NCBI RefSeq assembly: GCF_026004055.1
Contig: NZ_BPIJ01000003.1
Coordinates: forward strand, 218,406-282,405
Direction: 5' to 3'
Length of the DNA stretch: 64,000 nucleotides
DNA from: Meiothermus sp.
Lineage (GTDB): Bacteria > Deinococcota > Deinococci > Deinococcales > Thermaceae
Below the pieces are notes generated by a model. It was not told where the DNA came from, did not search any database, and was given only the letters and a program-made list of their open reading frames with translations. Of the stretch, positions 18,536 to 29,735 are shown in pieces. How positions within the stretch are numbered: position 1 is the first letter of the stretch; the number at the start of each line of letters is the position of its first letter. A program made the position numbers and the translations under genes.

Positions 18536-19006
18536 ATGGGGCCTAATGATATAGAAATGGCTTGGATTAAGCCTTGGGGGATTGTGGGAGGGGTTGCCGC
18601 CCTGCTGGCCTTGGCGATGGGTGGAAGCTGGATGCGAAGCAAAGGCAGCTCTCAGCCCCATAGCGGCAGCCCCCAAAGCCCCTACCGCACCTACAGCGCT
18701 ACCGGGCAGGTTCTGAACGTATCGTCACAGGGAGCCAACGGCTGTGCGGTGCGGGTCAAGCTGCATCAATGGGTCAGCCTGAGTGATGGCTTTGCCCTGG
18801 CCGAGATGCCTCAGAAGGGCCAAATCTACACCATTGGGGCCGCCCCAGAACAGTGCCTGGCCTTAGAGGTGGCCCTGGCCTCGCTGACCGACCCCGAAGA
18901 CCCCCAAAGCCCGCGCCACATCTACTACGAGGCCGGGCAACTGCCTTCCGGCGATTGGCGTATGATCAAAAATCCTTCAGCCCCGCTGGGCTGTAGCGGT
19001 TTGTAG
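18536..19006 (+). CDS. Hypothetical protein with N-terminal membrane anchor/signal
   Basis: Hydrophobic GIVGGVAALLALAMGG segment followed by a soluble domain; start uncertain (alternative ATG 18557). Confidence 0.65.
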   Translation: MGPNDIEMAWIKPWGIVGGVAALLALAMGGSWMRSKGSSQPHSGSPQSPYRTYSATGQVLNVSSQGANGCAVRVKLHQWVSLSDGFALAEMPQKGQIYTIGAAPEQCLALEVALASLTDPEDPQSPRHIYYEAGQLPSGDWRMIKNPSAPLGCSGL

Positions 19007-19014
19007 AGGGTGGG

Positions 19015-19518
19015 TCAGAGTTTTAGCTCGTACAGCGCCACGTGCAAAGGGTATCCCAGGCGGGTCAGGTGCTTGTCCCCCACGCACACAAACCCTAGTT
19101 GCTCGTAAAAGCTACGCAGCTTGGGGCGGTTGAAGTCGGTATCGAGGCGTAGATAGGCAAGCCCGCTGCGCCTAGCCCGCTCCACCGCCCAACCCACCAT
19201 GGCGGCGGCCACCCCCTGCCCGGCCACTTCGCGCCGTATCGCCAGCTTGTGCAGAAAAGCCGAGGTACCGAGGGGAATCTCGGGCCAGAACAACGGGTCG
19301 GCAAGCTGGTAGGTCATGGTTCCTACTGCCCGTGAACCCAAATAAGCCAGGAAGAGCTCACCCTGCCGGGCCACCGGGCGGAAGTGTTCCGGGGTCAGCT
19401 CCTCGAGGTGCCAGAGCGGCTGGCCGCGATCCATGAGCCACCGGGCTGCCTCCTGTAGAATGTCGCAGGCAAGCTCGACTTGATCGAGTGAGGCGGGCCT
19501 TATCTGCAAAGCTGTCAT
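19015..19518 (-). CDS. GNAT-family N-acetyltransferase
   Basis: FLHKLAIRREVAGQGVA acetyl-CoA motif, YLRLDT and LRSFYEQLGF; start trimmed to MTALQIR. Confidence 0.88.
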   Translation of the reverse strand: MTALQIRPASLDQVELACDILQEAARWLMDRGQPLWHLEELTPEHFRPVARQGELFLAYLGSRAVGTMTYQLADPLFWPEIPLGTSAFLHKLAIRREVAGQGVAAAMVGWAVERARRSGLAYLRLDTDFNRPKLRSFYEQLGFVCVGDKHLTRLGYPLHVALYELKL

Positions 19519-19598
19519 CTCCAACACCGGCAAGCGCCCAATCCTGAATGAGCGTAGGCCCTGGGTGAACGATAATTGCCCCCCTCTGCTCCTACGAC

Positions 19599-20453
19599 TC
19601 AGTCTCTGCCCCTCGGATCGAGCACATCCCGCAAGGCATCCCCCAACAGGTTGAAGGCCAGCACGGTCAGCAGGATACCGATGGCAGGTGCCGTAGGAGC
19701 CCAGATGGCCTCGGCGATATAGCTGCGGGTCTCGGAGACCATGGCCCCCCATTCCGGGGTGGGGGGCTGGGCCCCAAAGCCGATGAACGAGAGGCCGGCT
19801 GCGGTCAGGATGGCCCCACCCACATCGAAACTGGCTTGCACAAAAATAGGCGTGAGGGTATTGGGCAACAGGTGGCGTAGCATCAGACGATTCCAGGGGG
19901 CCCCCAGGGCACGGGCCGCCTCCACAAACTCGCGTTCGCGCAAGGCCAGCACATTGGCCCGCACCAGCCGGGCATAGATGGGCCAGCTCACCAGCGCCAC
20001 CGCAATGATGGTGTTGTTAAGGTTCGGCCCCAGCGCCGCCGCAATAGCCATGGCCAGAATCAGAGAGGGAAAGGCAAAAAAGATGTCGGTCAAGCGCATC
20101 AGCAGGTTGTCCCAAGCACCACCCAGCGTGCCGGCCAATAAACCGACTACCACCCCTATGACCACAGCCAGAATTACCACGCCAAACCCCACTCGAAGGG
20201 AAATTCCAGCCCCATGTGCCACCCGGGCCCACACATCGCGGCCCAACTGGTCGGTGCCCAGCCAGTGGGCGCTCGAGGGAGGCTGAAGACGCTGGGCGAT
20301 GTTTTGGCTGATGGGATCGGGGGCAATTACGGGAGCCAGCAAGGCTACTAGAATCAGCAGCATCAGCAAAAAAAGCCCAATCAGACCCCCTGGGTTGCGC
20401 AAGAAGCGTCGAAGGGGACGGGACGGGCGGTTGGCAGGGGCTAAAGCAGCCAT
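19599..20453 (-). CDS. Peptide/nickel ABC transporter permease (DppC/OppC type)
   Basis: HWLGTDQLGRD, EFVEAARALGA and PTPEWGAM motifs. Confidence 0.93.
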   Translation of the reverse strand: MAALAPANRPSRPLRRFLRNPGGLIGLFLLMLLILVALLAPVIAPDPISQNIAQRLQPPSSAHWLGTDQLGRDVWARVAHGAGISLRVGFGVVILAVVIGVVVGLLAGTLGGAWDNLLMRLTDIFFAFPSLILAMAIAAALGPNLNNTIIAVALVSWPIYARLVRANVLALREREFVEAARALGAPWNRLMLRHLLPNTLTPIFVQASFDVGGAILTAAGLSFIGFGAQPPTPEWGAMVSETRSYIAEAIWAPTAPAIGILLTVLAFNLLGDALRDVLDPRGRD

Positions 20454-20468
20454 ACAAGTTCCAGCAGG

Positions 20469-21476
20469 TCAGGCATAGCGGATCCGGGGGTCGAGGAAGG
20501 CATAGAGCAAGTCCACCAACAGGTTGATGAGGGCGTACACCAACCCCACCAACAGCGTGACCCCCATCACCGCGGGGAAGTCCAGGCTGGTTGCGGACTG
20601 GGTCACATAGCGCCCGATGCCCGGCCAGCTAAAGATGGTCTCGGTCAGCACCGCACCGGAAAGCAGCCCACCCAGCAAGCCGCCCAGCAAGGTGAGCACC
20701 GGCAGCGAGGCATTTTTGAGGGCGTGGCGAAACACCACCACCCGGCCCGGCACCCCTTTGGCCCTAGCCGTGCGGATATAGTCCTGGGAGAGCACCTCGA
20801 GCATGGTCGCACGGGTCATGCGGGCCAGAATGGCCGCCGAAAACATTCCGAGCACAAAAGCCGGTAGCACCAGGTGCCGCAGCGAGTCTACAAAAACCGC
20901 CCAGTCCCGGGCCAAAAGCGCATCGAGGCCCATCAGGCCGGTCACGCGGGGTGGAGGAAAACTAAAACCGTCCAGCCGGCCCTGCACCGGGAGCAGGTCG
21001 AGCTGCCGGGCCAGCACGTACTGCAGCAAAACCGCCAGAAAAAACACCGGCGTAGCACCGCCGATCAGGGCCAGGATTCGCACCACCACATCCGAGGCCC
21101 GGTTTTGCCGGAGGGCGGCCAGGATACCGGCGGGCACCCCTAATAGCACGGTCACCAGAAAGGCGGCCACGGAGAGCTCGAGGGTGGCCGGGAAAAACTC
21201 CCTTAAGTCCTCGGCCACGGCCCGCTGGGTGCGCAGCGAATTGCCCAGGTCGCCGGACAACAGGCGGCCCATATAAATCAGGTACTGCTGCCAGATGGGC
21301 TTGTCCAACCCATAGCGTTCACGGAATTCCCGAATTTGTTCCTCGCGGGCGTTGTCGCCCAAAGCTGCAATAGCCGGGTCGATGGGCACCACGTTGGCGA
21401 TAAAAAAGGTGGCAAACGTGACCCCCCAGGCCACAAAAATCACAAAAAACAAGCGGCGTATAAAGTAAGAAAACAT
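20469..21476 (-). CDS. Peptide/nickel ABC transporter permease (DppB/OppB type)
   Basis: FFPATLEL, DYIRTARAKG, RHALKNA and ETIFSWPGIG motifs. Confidence 0.93.
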   Translation of the reverse strand: MFSYFIRRLFFVIFVAWGVTFATFFIANVVPIDPAIAALGDNAREEQIREFRERYGLDKPIWQQYLIYMGRLLSGDLGNSLRTQRAVAEDLREFFPATLELSVAAFLVTVLLGVPAGILAALRQNRASDVVVRILALIGGATPVFFLAVLLQYVLARQLDLLPVQGRLDGFSFPPPRVTGLMGLDALLARDWAVFVDSLRHLVLPAFVLGMFSAAILARMTRATMLEVLSQDYIRTARAKGVPGRVVVFRHALKNASLPVLTLLGGLLGGLLSGAVLTETIFSWPGIGRYVTQSATSLDFPAVMGVTLLVGLVYALINLLVDLLYAFLDPRIRYA

Positions 21477-21540
21477 ATTCAGGGCTTGGGGTTCAGAGCC
21501 CAAGGCGCATAGCGCCCGAGGCCCCGAACCCCTGGCTCAC

Positions 21541-23112
21541 TCAAGGCTGTTTGCTGATGTTCTCGAAGCGCACCTGGCCCTGGGCGTTGCGCACATAGCC
21601 CTCTACCTTGGCCGAGAGGCCCAGCGGCACTGCGGGCTGGTAGAGCACCGCATAGGGGCCGTTTTTGAGCACGTAGTCGGTCAGAAGGCGGTAGAGCGCG
21701 ACCCGTTTGGTCGGTTCGGTTTCCAGGGCGGCCTGGTTGGCCAGCCGGATGGCCGTGGGGTCGTTCCAGACATTGCGCCAGGCCAGGCTACGGGCGTTGA
21801 AGTCGGCCCAGGGGGTGGCGTTGCCGTCGGGGTCGGGGAAGTCGGGGCTCCAGCCGACCAGCACCATCTGATGGTTTTGGGCCCGGTAGGTGCGCAGTAC
21901 CTCGGCGTTGGCGATGGCTTTCACGTTGGCTTTGAAACCGCCCTTGGCCAGGTCAGACTGAATCTTGGCGGCAATATCCGCGCAGGGGATGCCGCCCCCG
22001 CAGATACCCGTGCTCACCAGGAGTTCGAACTCGAGGCCGTTCGGATACCCCGCCTGGGCCAGCAGGCGCTTGGCACGGGCCGGGTCAAAGGTGTAAGGAG
22101 TACGGGGGTCGTAGCCCAGCAGGCCTTTGGGGATGAGGGTTTGAATTTTTGTACCGTTGCCCTGCACCAGCCCGTTCACCAACTCGTCCTGGTTGATGCT
22201 GTAGCGCACCGCATCGCGTACGAGTTTGTTGGCAAAGGGGCTGCCTTCTTTAACGTTCATGCCCAGGTAGTTCAGGCGCAGGCTGTCGGCTTTGAGGGTG
22301 CGGAAGCGCGGGTTGCCAGAGAGCGCCCGCAGGGCCTCGGGGGTTAGCCCCTCGGCAATGTCAATCTCGCCGGACTCGAGGGCCGTACGCAAAACCGCCG
22401 GTTCCTTGATTTCGCGCAAGATCACCCGTTGCAGCTTGGGCTTGATGCGGGCATTGGGGTTGGCTTCCAAGAGCACCTGCGACCCCCGATCCCAGCGCAC
22501 CAAGCGGAAGGGGCCGGAGCCGGCGGAGTTATTGGTGAGCCATTCCTTGCCAAAGTCGTTGCCCTTGGCGTTTTTCTGCACCGTTTCGGAGTCCACGATG
22601 CCGCCGATGTTAAAGGTCAGAATCGAAAGGAAGGAGCCCGGCGAGGCGGTTTTGGGAATGCTCACCACCACGGTGTAATTGTCCACTGCCTTGGTAGCGC
22701 CCGGCTTGAGCTGGGCGATTTCGGTAAAGAGGAAAGAGCCCGGCCCCTTGATCGCCAAGGCCCGTTCGAAGGTGTAGACCACATCTTTGGCCGTCACCTC
22801 GTTGCCGCTAGAAAACTTGCTGCCCCGGCGTAGGCGGAAGGTGATGTCCCAGGTATCCCGGCCCCGATCCACCTTCCAGCTCTCGGCCAGCCCCGGCTTT
22901 AGGGTAGAAAGGTCGGTTCCCTCGTACTTGACCAGGGTTTCGTAGAGGTTGTCGGTCACCAGGCCGCCCGAAAACTCGTAGGAAACCTGGGGATCCATGG
23001 TGATCAGATCCGACCAGTCCCCGCCATAAATCAGGGTCTGGGTGCGGTCTTGGGCGAGAGCACTGCCCAAGCCCAGTGCAATTAAAAGTCCAACTGCTTT
23101 TATCAGTTTCAT
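21541..23112 (-). CDS. Peptide/nickel ABC transporter substrate-binding protein (family 5)
   Basis: Signal peptide MKLIKAVG...ALA, LYETLV, PGLAESW and GSGPFRL; SD GGAGG upstream. Confidence 0.93.
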   Translation of the reverse strand: MKLIKAVGLLIALGLGSALAQDRTQTLIYGGDWSDLITMDPQVSYEFSGGLVTDNLYETLVKYEGTDLSTLKPGLAESWKVDRGRDTWDITFRLRRGSKFSSGNEVTAKDVVYTFERALAIKGPGSFLFTEIAQLKPGATKAVDNYTVVVSIPKTASPGSFLSILTFNIGGIVDSETVQKNAKGNDFGKEWLTNNSAGSGPFRLVRWDRGSQVLLEANPNARIKPKLQRVILREIKEPAVLRTALESGEIDIAEGLTPEALRALSGNPRFRTLKADSLRLNYLGMNVKEGSPFANKLVRDAVRYSINQDELVNGLVQGNGTKIQTLIPKGLLGYDPRTPYTFDPARAKRLLAQAGYPNGLEFELLVSTGICGGGIPCADIAAKIQSDLAKGGFKANVKAIANAEVLRTYRAQNHQMVLVGWSPDFPDPDGNATPWADFNARSLAWRNVWNDPTAIRLANQAALETEPTKRVALYRLLTDYVLKNGPYAVLYQPAVPLGLSAKVEGYVRNAQGQVRFENISKQP

Positions 23113-23392
23113 GAAACCTCCTTTCGATACGTCGCAAACAATACCGATAAACATGGCCTTGGTCAAGATACAGCAGTGCCACATGGACAGGTCTGCACAA
23201 CCCCGATTCTTCAAGCAATAGACAGGCCCGGAACCTTGCCAGATACCCTCCCCGGCCCTCTCTCCGCCGTGTGGAAGGAGTATTCGGGCCATCTCTTCCG
23301 GGAGGAACCAAAGTATAATGGGCTCTTTGCGACGATGTACTCATCGCGGTTCTCCTGGAGAGACCACACTACGAGCCACCAGATAGGCAGCA

Positions 23393-23424
23393 AAATAAAA
23401 TCCGAGGGCTGCTTCCCTCGGATT
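23393..23424 (-). terminator. Rho-independent terminator after tRNA-Ala
   Basis: AATCCGAGGG-loop-CCCTCGGATT followed by TTTATTTT on the minus strand. Confidence 0.75.
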
Positions 23425-23437
23425 AGTGTGCTGAGCT

Positions 23438-23513
23438 TGGTGGAGCCGAGGGGATTCGAACCCCCGACCTCTTGAGTGCGATTCAAGCGCGCTCCCAGCT
23501 GCGCCACGGCCCC
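23438..23513 (-). tRNA. tRNA-Ala (anticodon CGC)
   Basis: 76-nt cloverleaf GGGGCCG...CTCCACCA with the G3-U70 Ala identity pair, anticodon loop ATCGCAC and GTTCGAAT T-loop. Confidence 0.96.
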
Positions 23514-23550
23514 AAGCGTTAGATAGTGTAGCCGGGAGCGTGCGGGCTGT

Positions 23551-23943
23551 CTAGCCTTCCTTGACCCGTACCTCTATGCGACCCCGACGGTCGCGCACTT
23601 CCAGCTTGGCCTTGGCCCGACCCCGGCGGTACTCCGACTTGTAGCGGCCATCGCCGGCCTGGTATTTGACCCTTGTCCAGCCCCGGGCCACCAGATCGCG
23701 GTGGTGGTAAGCATATACCTCGGCTACCCGACTGCTCTGATACACCACCAGAATCCCTTGGGGTTCAGGAACCCGCTCCACCACCACAACGCCCGGCACC
23801 AGGGTAATCCGCACATCCGCGCTGACGACCAGCGTAGGCGGAGGCGGGGCCTCGAGGGTAACGCGAATCTGGGCCAAGGCTACCGAACCCAACACCAGCA
23901 TTGCCACCAACCATTGCCTATTCATGTCCTGCACAATAACCAT
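23551..23943 (-). CDS. Hypothetical secreted protein
   Basis: Signal-like WLVAMLVLGSVALAQ followed by a beta-rich basic domain; start uncertain (23943 or 23925). Confidence 0.7.
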   Translation of the reverse strand: MVIVQDMNRQWLVAMLVLGSVALAQIRVTLEAPPPPTLVVSADVRITLVPGVVVVERVPEPQGILVVYQSSRVAEVYAYHHRDLVARGWTRVKYQAGDGRYKSEYRRGRAKAKLEVRDRRGRIEVRVKEG

Positions 23944-24036
23944 TGCATACCCTCGCCACATGTGAGGGGGTTAAAGCGCTTTTTACCTTCACTTCCAGCC
24001 CAAGACAGTCCCGCAGGGCTGCTAAAATGAAGTCCA

Positions 24037-24708
24037 ATGAACGATGTCTGGGAAATGTTGAGTGAGCCCTTCCCGCCCGAAGCCTTGCAATGGCGTGTGG
24101 AGGCCCTATCCAAAGACAAAAGGCGGGCCCTGGTGGTGCCCGATCTGGATATCCGGGCCGTGCTGGAGCGGCTAGATGAGGTGGTGGGTGTTCATGGCTG
24201 GCAGGACACCTACGAGGTGCTCCACACCCCGACCGCTGCGGCAGACCATTATGCCGTGAAGTGCAGGCTCACCGTGATGGATATTTCTAAAGAAGATGTG
24301 GGGGAAGGCGATAGCCTGAAGGCAGCTTTTTCCGATGCTCTTCTGCGGACGGCGATAAAATTTGGCCTGGGTCGGCACCTGTACCGCCTCGAGCAGCAGT
24401 GGGTTGACCACGACCCCGAGACCGGGAAATTCAACCCGCCGCAGGTTCACCTGGTGGCCGCAGCACCTAGCCTACGTTCTGAGGCTCCAGCCCCGCCCGA
24501 AGCCCCCGAAAACACCCGCTCCCCCGACCCGGCCAAACCCGAGCCCCAGGAGCTTATAGACCGGCTGATTGAACGACTCAAGGGAGCTGGTTTGGGCAAG
24601 CAGGCCGCCCAGATTGTGATGAAGTATGGAGGGTATGGCAAACACCCGGACGAAACCCGTAAACTCTACGGCGAGCTGCGCGCTTTGCTAAAAGGGCAGG
24701 CTTCGTGA
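24037..24708 (+). CDS. Rad52/Rad22-family (DdrA-like) single-strand annealing protein
   Basis: L..PF....QWR, D.R.V.ERLD.V.G..GW, VKCRLTV..ISKEDVGE, KAAFSDAL and FGLGRHLY motifs; Pro-rich linker plus C-terminal helical domain. Confidence 0.8.
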   Translation: MNDVWEMLSEPFPPEALQWRVEALSKDKRRALVVPDLDIRAVLERLDEVVGVHGWQDTYEVLHTPTAAADHYAVKCRLTVMDISKEDVGEGDSLKAAFSDALLRTAIKFGLGRHLYRLEQQWVDHDPETGKFNPPQVHLVAAAPSLRSEAPAPPEAPENTRSPDPAKPEPQELIDRLIERLKGAGLGKQAAQIVMKYGGYGKHPDETRKLYGELRALLKGQAS

Positions 24709-24721
24709 GCAAAGGATTCCC

Positions 24722-26394
<1,673 letters not shown>

Positions 26395-26509
26395 GCCATG
26401 AGCTTGTTAGCGATTTCTCATATGGTTGCAGTAGGCTAGTACACATCGGTTGGGTGTGCCGCTAGACTGTAGCTAATCTGAGCAGGCAAGCGGAGGCTGG
26501 GAGGCCGGG

Positions 26510-27427
26510 ATGCGATTTTTTGTCGTAGGCGACGTTTCGGTTGACTTAATCTACTTTCTCGAGCGAATCCCGGAGCCGGGCGAGGAAGTTCCGGCGCAGC
26601 GGGCCCTGATGAAACCGGGGGGCGCAGGGGGCACCCTGGCCGCGCATCTGGCCAGCCTAGGCAACAAGGTCTACCTGGCCAGCCGGGTAGGAGACGACCC
26701 CTTTCGCAGCGTGGCGCTCTCTCAGCTCGAGAAAGCCGGGGTTGACCTTAAATACCTGCAGGTTGACCCCGAACAAACCACCTCTTCCATCCTGATCTTG
26801 TTGGTTCCGGGGGGCGAACGCTCCATGATTTCGGCGGGAGGCGCCAGCCGCTACCTGGATGCAGCCGAGTTCAAGGCTAAAATGCTCGATCAAATAGACG
26901 CAGTGGTGTTTTCGGCCTACGCCTTTGTGGGCGGCCCGCAGCGACAATACGCCATCAATGCCCTGGATGCTGCCCGCAAACGCGGCTTGCCCATTTTTGC
27001 CGACCTCGGTACCGGGGCGGTGCGGGCTGCGGGCAAGGAACTGCTGGACATTCTGCGGGGCGTTCCTTACCTGCTGATGAACCAGGTCGAGCTGTTGGCT
27101 CTAACCGGCGCCACTTCGATTAGCGAAGGGGTCAGTGCACTCAAGGGCTGGGGCCTCGAGACGGTTATCGTCAAGGTGGGCGCTCTGGGCTCCATTGTCG
27201 TCACCCCAACCCGGCAAGAACTGATAGAGCCTTACCCGCTCGAGGAAGTGGTGGATACCACCGGCTCGGGGGATGCCTTTACCGCCGCCTTCGCCCATGC
27301 CATCCTGCAAGGCAAAGACCCCTTCACAGCCGCCCGCCTGGGCAACCTGGCGGGCTCGCTGGCCGCTACCGCCGTTGGCGGGCAAGGTCGCCTGATCACC
27401 GAGAAAGACCTTTTGCAGGCCAGATAG
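26510..27427 (+). CDS. PfkB/ribokinase-family carbohydrate kinase
   Basis: PGGAG, VG.D.F and DTTGSGDAF signature. Confidence 0.9.
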   Translation: MRFFVVGDVSVDLIYFLERIPEPGEEVPAQRALMKPGGAGGTLAAHLASLGNKVYLASRVGDDPFRSVALSQLEKAGVDLKYLQVDPEQTTSSILILLVPGGERSMISAGGASRYLDAAEFKAKMLDQIDAVVFSAYAFVGGPQRQYAINALDAARKRGLPIFADLGTGAVRAAGKELLDILRGVPYLLMNQVELLALTGATSISEGVSALKGWGLETVIVKVGALGSIVVTPTRQELIEPYPLEEVVDTTGSGDAFTAAFAHAILQGKDPFTAARLGNLAGSLAATAVGGQGRLITEKDLLQAR

Positions 27428-27657
27428 TTTTCCAACCCATGGCACAAGTCATTCGTACGGTGTTTTAGGCCACTGGTTGCCAACCCAATCCCTCCTTCCG
27501 AAAAAAGCTTTCTAATGTAGTGGCGTGGGGAGCCTGTGCAGCCATGCACTAGCCCACCCTGCTTCGTCCCCTCCCTCTCCTACTGCGGAGGAGAGGGCGT
27601 TTTAGGCTATCCCTTTCGGGAGCCGAAGTGGAATGAGATCTCTCCGGCGATGTACTG

Positions 27658-27748
27658 GAGCGGTTCCCACGAATAGTCCCTACAGCGATTTTTACTGTAG
27701 GGACTACACTACGAGCCACCGCGTGGGCTCTTTTGGTGGGAACCACGA
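27658..27748. repeat. Repeat/MITE family B, preceded by a degenerate family-A fragment (about 27560-27655)
   Basis: GAGCGGTTCCCACGAATA...GTGGGAACCACGA flanked by CTG/CTG. Confidence 0.8.
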
Positions 27749-27826
27749 CTGGCATCGAGGGCTGGATTCAACGTTTGATAAGCCCCCTCTCACCCCTTGC
27801 TGTAGCTGAAGTGATTTACTGAACTC

Positions 27827-29047
27827 ATGCGACAGCATTTTTTGTTATGGATGGTAGTGCTATTGGGAGCAGTTCAGGCTCAGGAAACCATTATTTATCG
27901 GGGCTTTGCTGAACTACGGCAGCCGCAAACCCTGCCACAAAATGAGTGGATTTGGGAGCCAGGCGAGACCCTGTTCCAAAGCCTGGTACCGGGAACCCTG
28001 CGTCTGATCGGGGTCACCGAGCAGTCACGCCAGGTGCAGGTGGCGGCTCCACAAACCCCCCTATCGGCCTACGTGGGTAAGGAGGTGCAGTTTTACTGGG
28101 AGGGTCAGTGGCGCAAAGCCACCTTGGTGAGTGCTGAACGGAGCCTGTACTTGTATGAGGGCCGCTACCTGGTGGGTCTGCCTGGAACGGTGGCTTATCC
28201 CGACCCCAGTGGATTCAATGCAACCCCTGGGCCCCGGGTCATCTTCCGGTATCAGGGGGGTGGCGTGGGTACGCTGGCCTACCTCACTCGAGGCCTGACC
28301 TGGAGCCTGCGCTACACCCTCGAGGACGGCGAGCTGACCGGCTGGGCGACCCTGAGCAACGCACTGGGGCGCACCGTACGGCTGGGGCGCACCGACCTGG
28401 TTGCCGGGAGTGTGCCTTTGCTGGAAGGGGGGTTCAGTGTGCCCACCCCCCGCCCCGAAACCCGGATGTTGCAGGCTGCGCCGGCCATAGCGGATGAGGC
28501 GGCGTTTGTGGGAGAGGCAGCCGGCACCTACCGCTACCGCCTGCCGGGAGAGGTGACGCTCGAGGCCGGCCTCACCGAGCTACCCTTCCTTCGCACCCGG
28601 GTGCAGCCGGTCTATCTGTGGCGCTTGCAAGCCGGCTTCAGCACCGAACGCGAACTGGCTTTGGTACGGGGTTTTCGATTTGCAGCTCCGGAAAACCTGG
28701 CCGCCGGGGTGGTGAGCATCCGCGAGCAAGGGGTGTTTGTGGGGCAGGCGGCCGCCGGCGATACGGCCAGAGGCAACGATGTAAGCCTGATGCTGGGCCC
28801 GGATCCCGAAGGCCGGGCCATCCGGCAGGTAGAACAGCAGGCCCGCAACCGCTTCCGGGTGACCACCCGCGTGCAAAACCCCAAGTCCTACCCGGTAGAG
28901 GTCGAAATACAAGAAGCGATGCCCCAACCCTTCAGCCTGGAAGGAGAGGGCTTGGAGCGCATCCCCGAGGGCTACCGCCTCCGCTTCACCCTGGCGCCCA
29001 ATCAAAGCCGCACTTACACCTACACCGTAACCTTGCAGCAGCGCTGA
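27827..29047 (+). CDS. Secreted DUF4139-like protein
   Basis: Signal peptide, TIIYRGFAELR, YLT.GL.W...Y.L, L.GWATL.N and C-terminal V.V.I.E..P pattern typical of DUF4139 proteins. Confidence 0.7.
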   Translation: MRQHFLLWMVVLLGAVQAQETIIYRGFAELRQPQTLPQNEWIWEPGETLFQSLVPGTLRLIGVTEQSRQVQVAAPQTPLSAYVGKEVQFYWEGQWRKATLVSAERSLYLYEGRYLVGLPGTVAYPDPSGFNATPGPRVIFRYQGGGVGTLAYLTRGLTWSLRYTLEDGELTGWATLSNALGRTVRLGRTDLVAGSVPLLEGGFSVPTPRPETRMLQAAPAIADEAAFVGEAAGTYRYRLPGEVTLEAGLTELPFLRTRVQPVYLWRLQAGFSTERELALVRGFRFAAPENLAAGVVSIREQGVFVGQAAAGDTARGNDVSLMLGPDPEGRAIRQVEQQARNRFRVTTRVQNPKSYPVEVEIQEAMPQPFSLEGEGLERIPEGYRLRFTLAPNQSRTYTYTVTLQQR

Positions 29048-29076
29048 TGGCGGTTCGCTCCTGTATGCCCCACTGA

Positions 29077-29157
29077 GGGCGGTTCCCACGAATAATCAGC
29101 GTGCTGGTGGGGTTAAAACACTGGCCGCCGCGAGGGCAGTGTTTGTGAGAAACGCGA
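29077..29157. repeat. Repeat family B variant (AAACACTGGCCGCCGCGAGGGCAGTGTTT hairpin)
   Basis: Matches 55148-55233. Confidence 0.75.
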
Positions 29158-29160
29158 TTA

Positions 29161-29393
29161 TCGCGCTCTTCACAGACGTGGCCGCCCACGAAAACGAGAA
29201 GGGACAAGCAGACGTGCCTCACCGAGGTGAGGCACGCTTGTCTGCGTTGCGTCTGGGCCAGGTTAGCCACGTTGTGGCTATGGCATAAGCCATTCCCTGG
29301 CAGACGCATGTTTTCGAGTTTCCCGGCGGCCACTGTTCTGTCCAGGACAAAGCTTTTTCGAAGTCGAATGGCCCATAATATGTGAAGAGCGCT
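29161..29393. mobile_element. MITE family C, long form
   Basis: TIRs GCGCTCTTCACA / TGTGAAGAGCGC; the shared core matches 63587-63682, with extra internal hairpins. Confidence 0.75.
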
Positions 29394-29397
29394 CTAG

Positions 29398-29735
29398 TGG
29401 TCTGGTAACTAAATTTCCGAAGTTTTGTACCGCACCCCGAATACATCGTTGTAGAGATTCCATCCCACTTCGGCCCCCGAGATGGCCTAAAAACGCCCTC
29501 CCTACCGCGTAGGGAGGGTGGGGGAGGGTATTAGGCAAGGCCCCCAATCCGCTGCGTGAAGGGCCAGGTCAGCCACCCCACCTGGCCTCCCCTACGCAGT
29601 AGGGGAGGGAAGGGGCGAAGCGGGGTGGGGTGCTTTTTGCATGATCGTACAGGCAAGGCACCGAAGGCCCAGGTTTACGAGACACGGCGCGTTCTGAAGG
29701 CTAAACCCCATACTGCGTATTTTGTTACCAGACCA
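29398..29735. mobile_element. MITE family A, full copy (338 bp)
   Basis: TIRs TGGTCTGGTAAC / GTTACCAGACCA flanked by CTAG/CTAG; the right CTAG is the xylB stop. Confidence 0.9.

Noticed and set aside
23113-23513. tRNA-Ala (and tRNA-Leu) as integration sites of a genomic island
   Set aside because: No integrase and no duplicated tRNA 3' end seen in the window; the neighbours are core-type genes.
23962-24036. Radiation/desiccation response motif upstream of the DdrA-like gene
   Set aside because: No 17-bp TT..G.......C..AA palindrome is recognisable.
29400-29700. Repeated hairpins as a possible CRISPR array
   Set aside because: No constant repeat with unique, evenly sized spacers and no cas genes.
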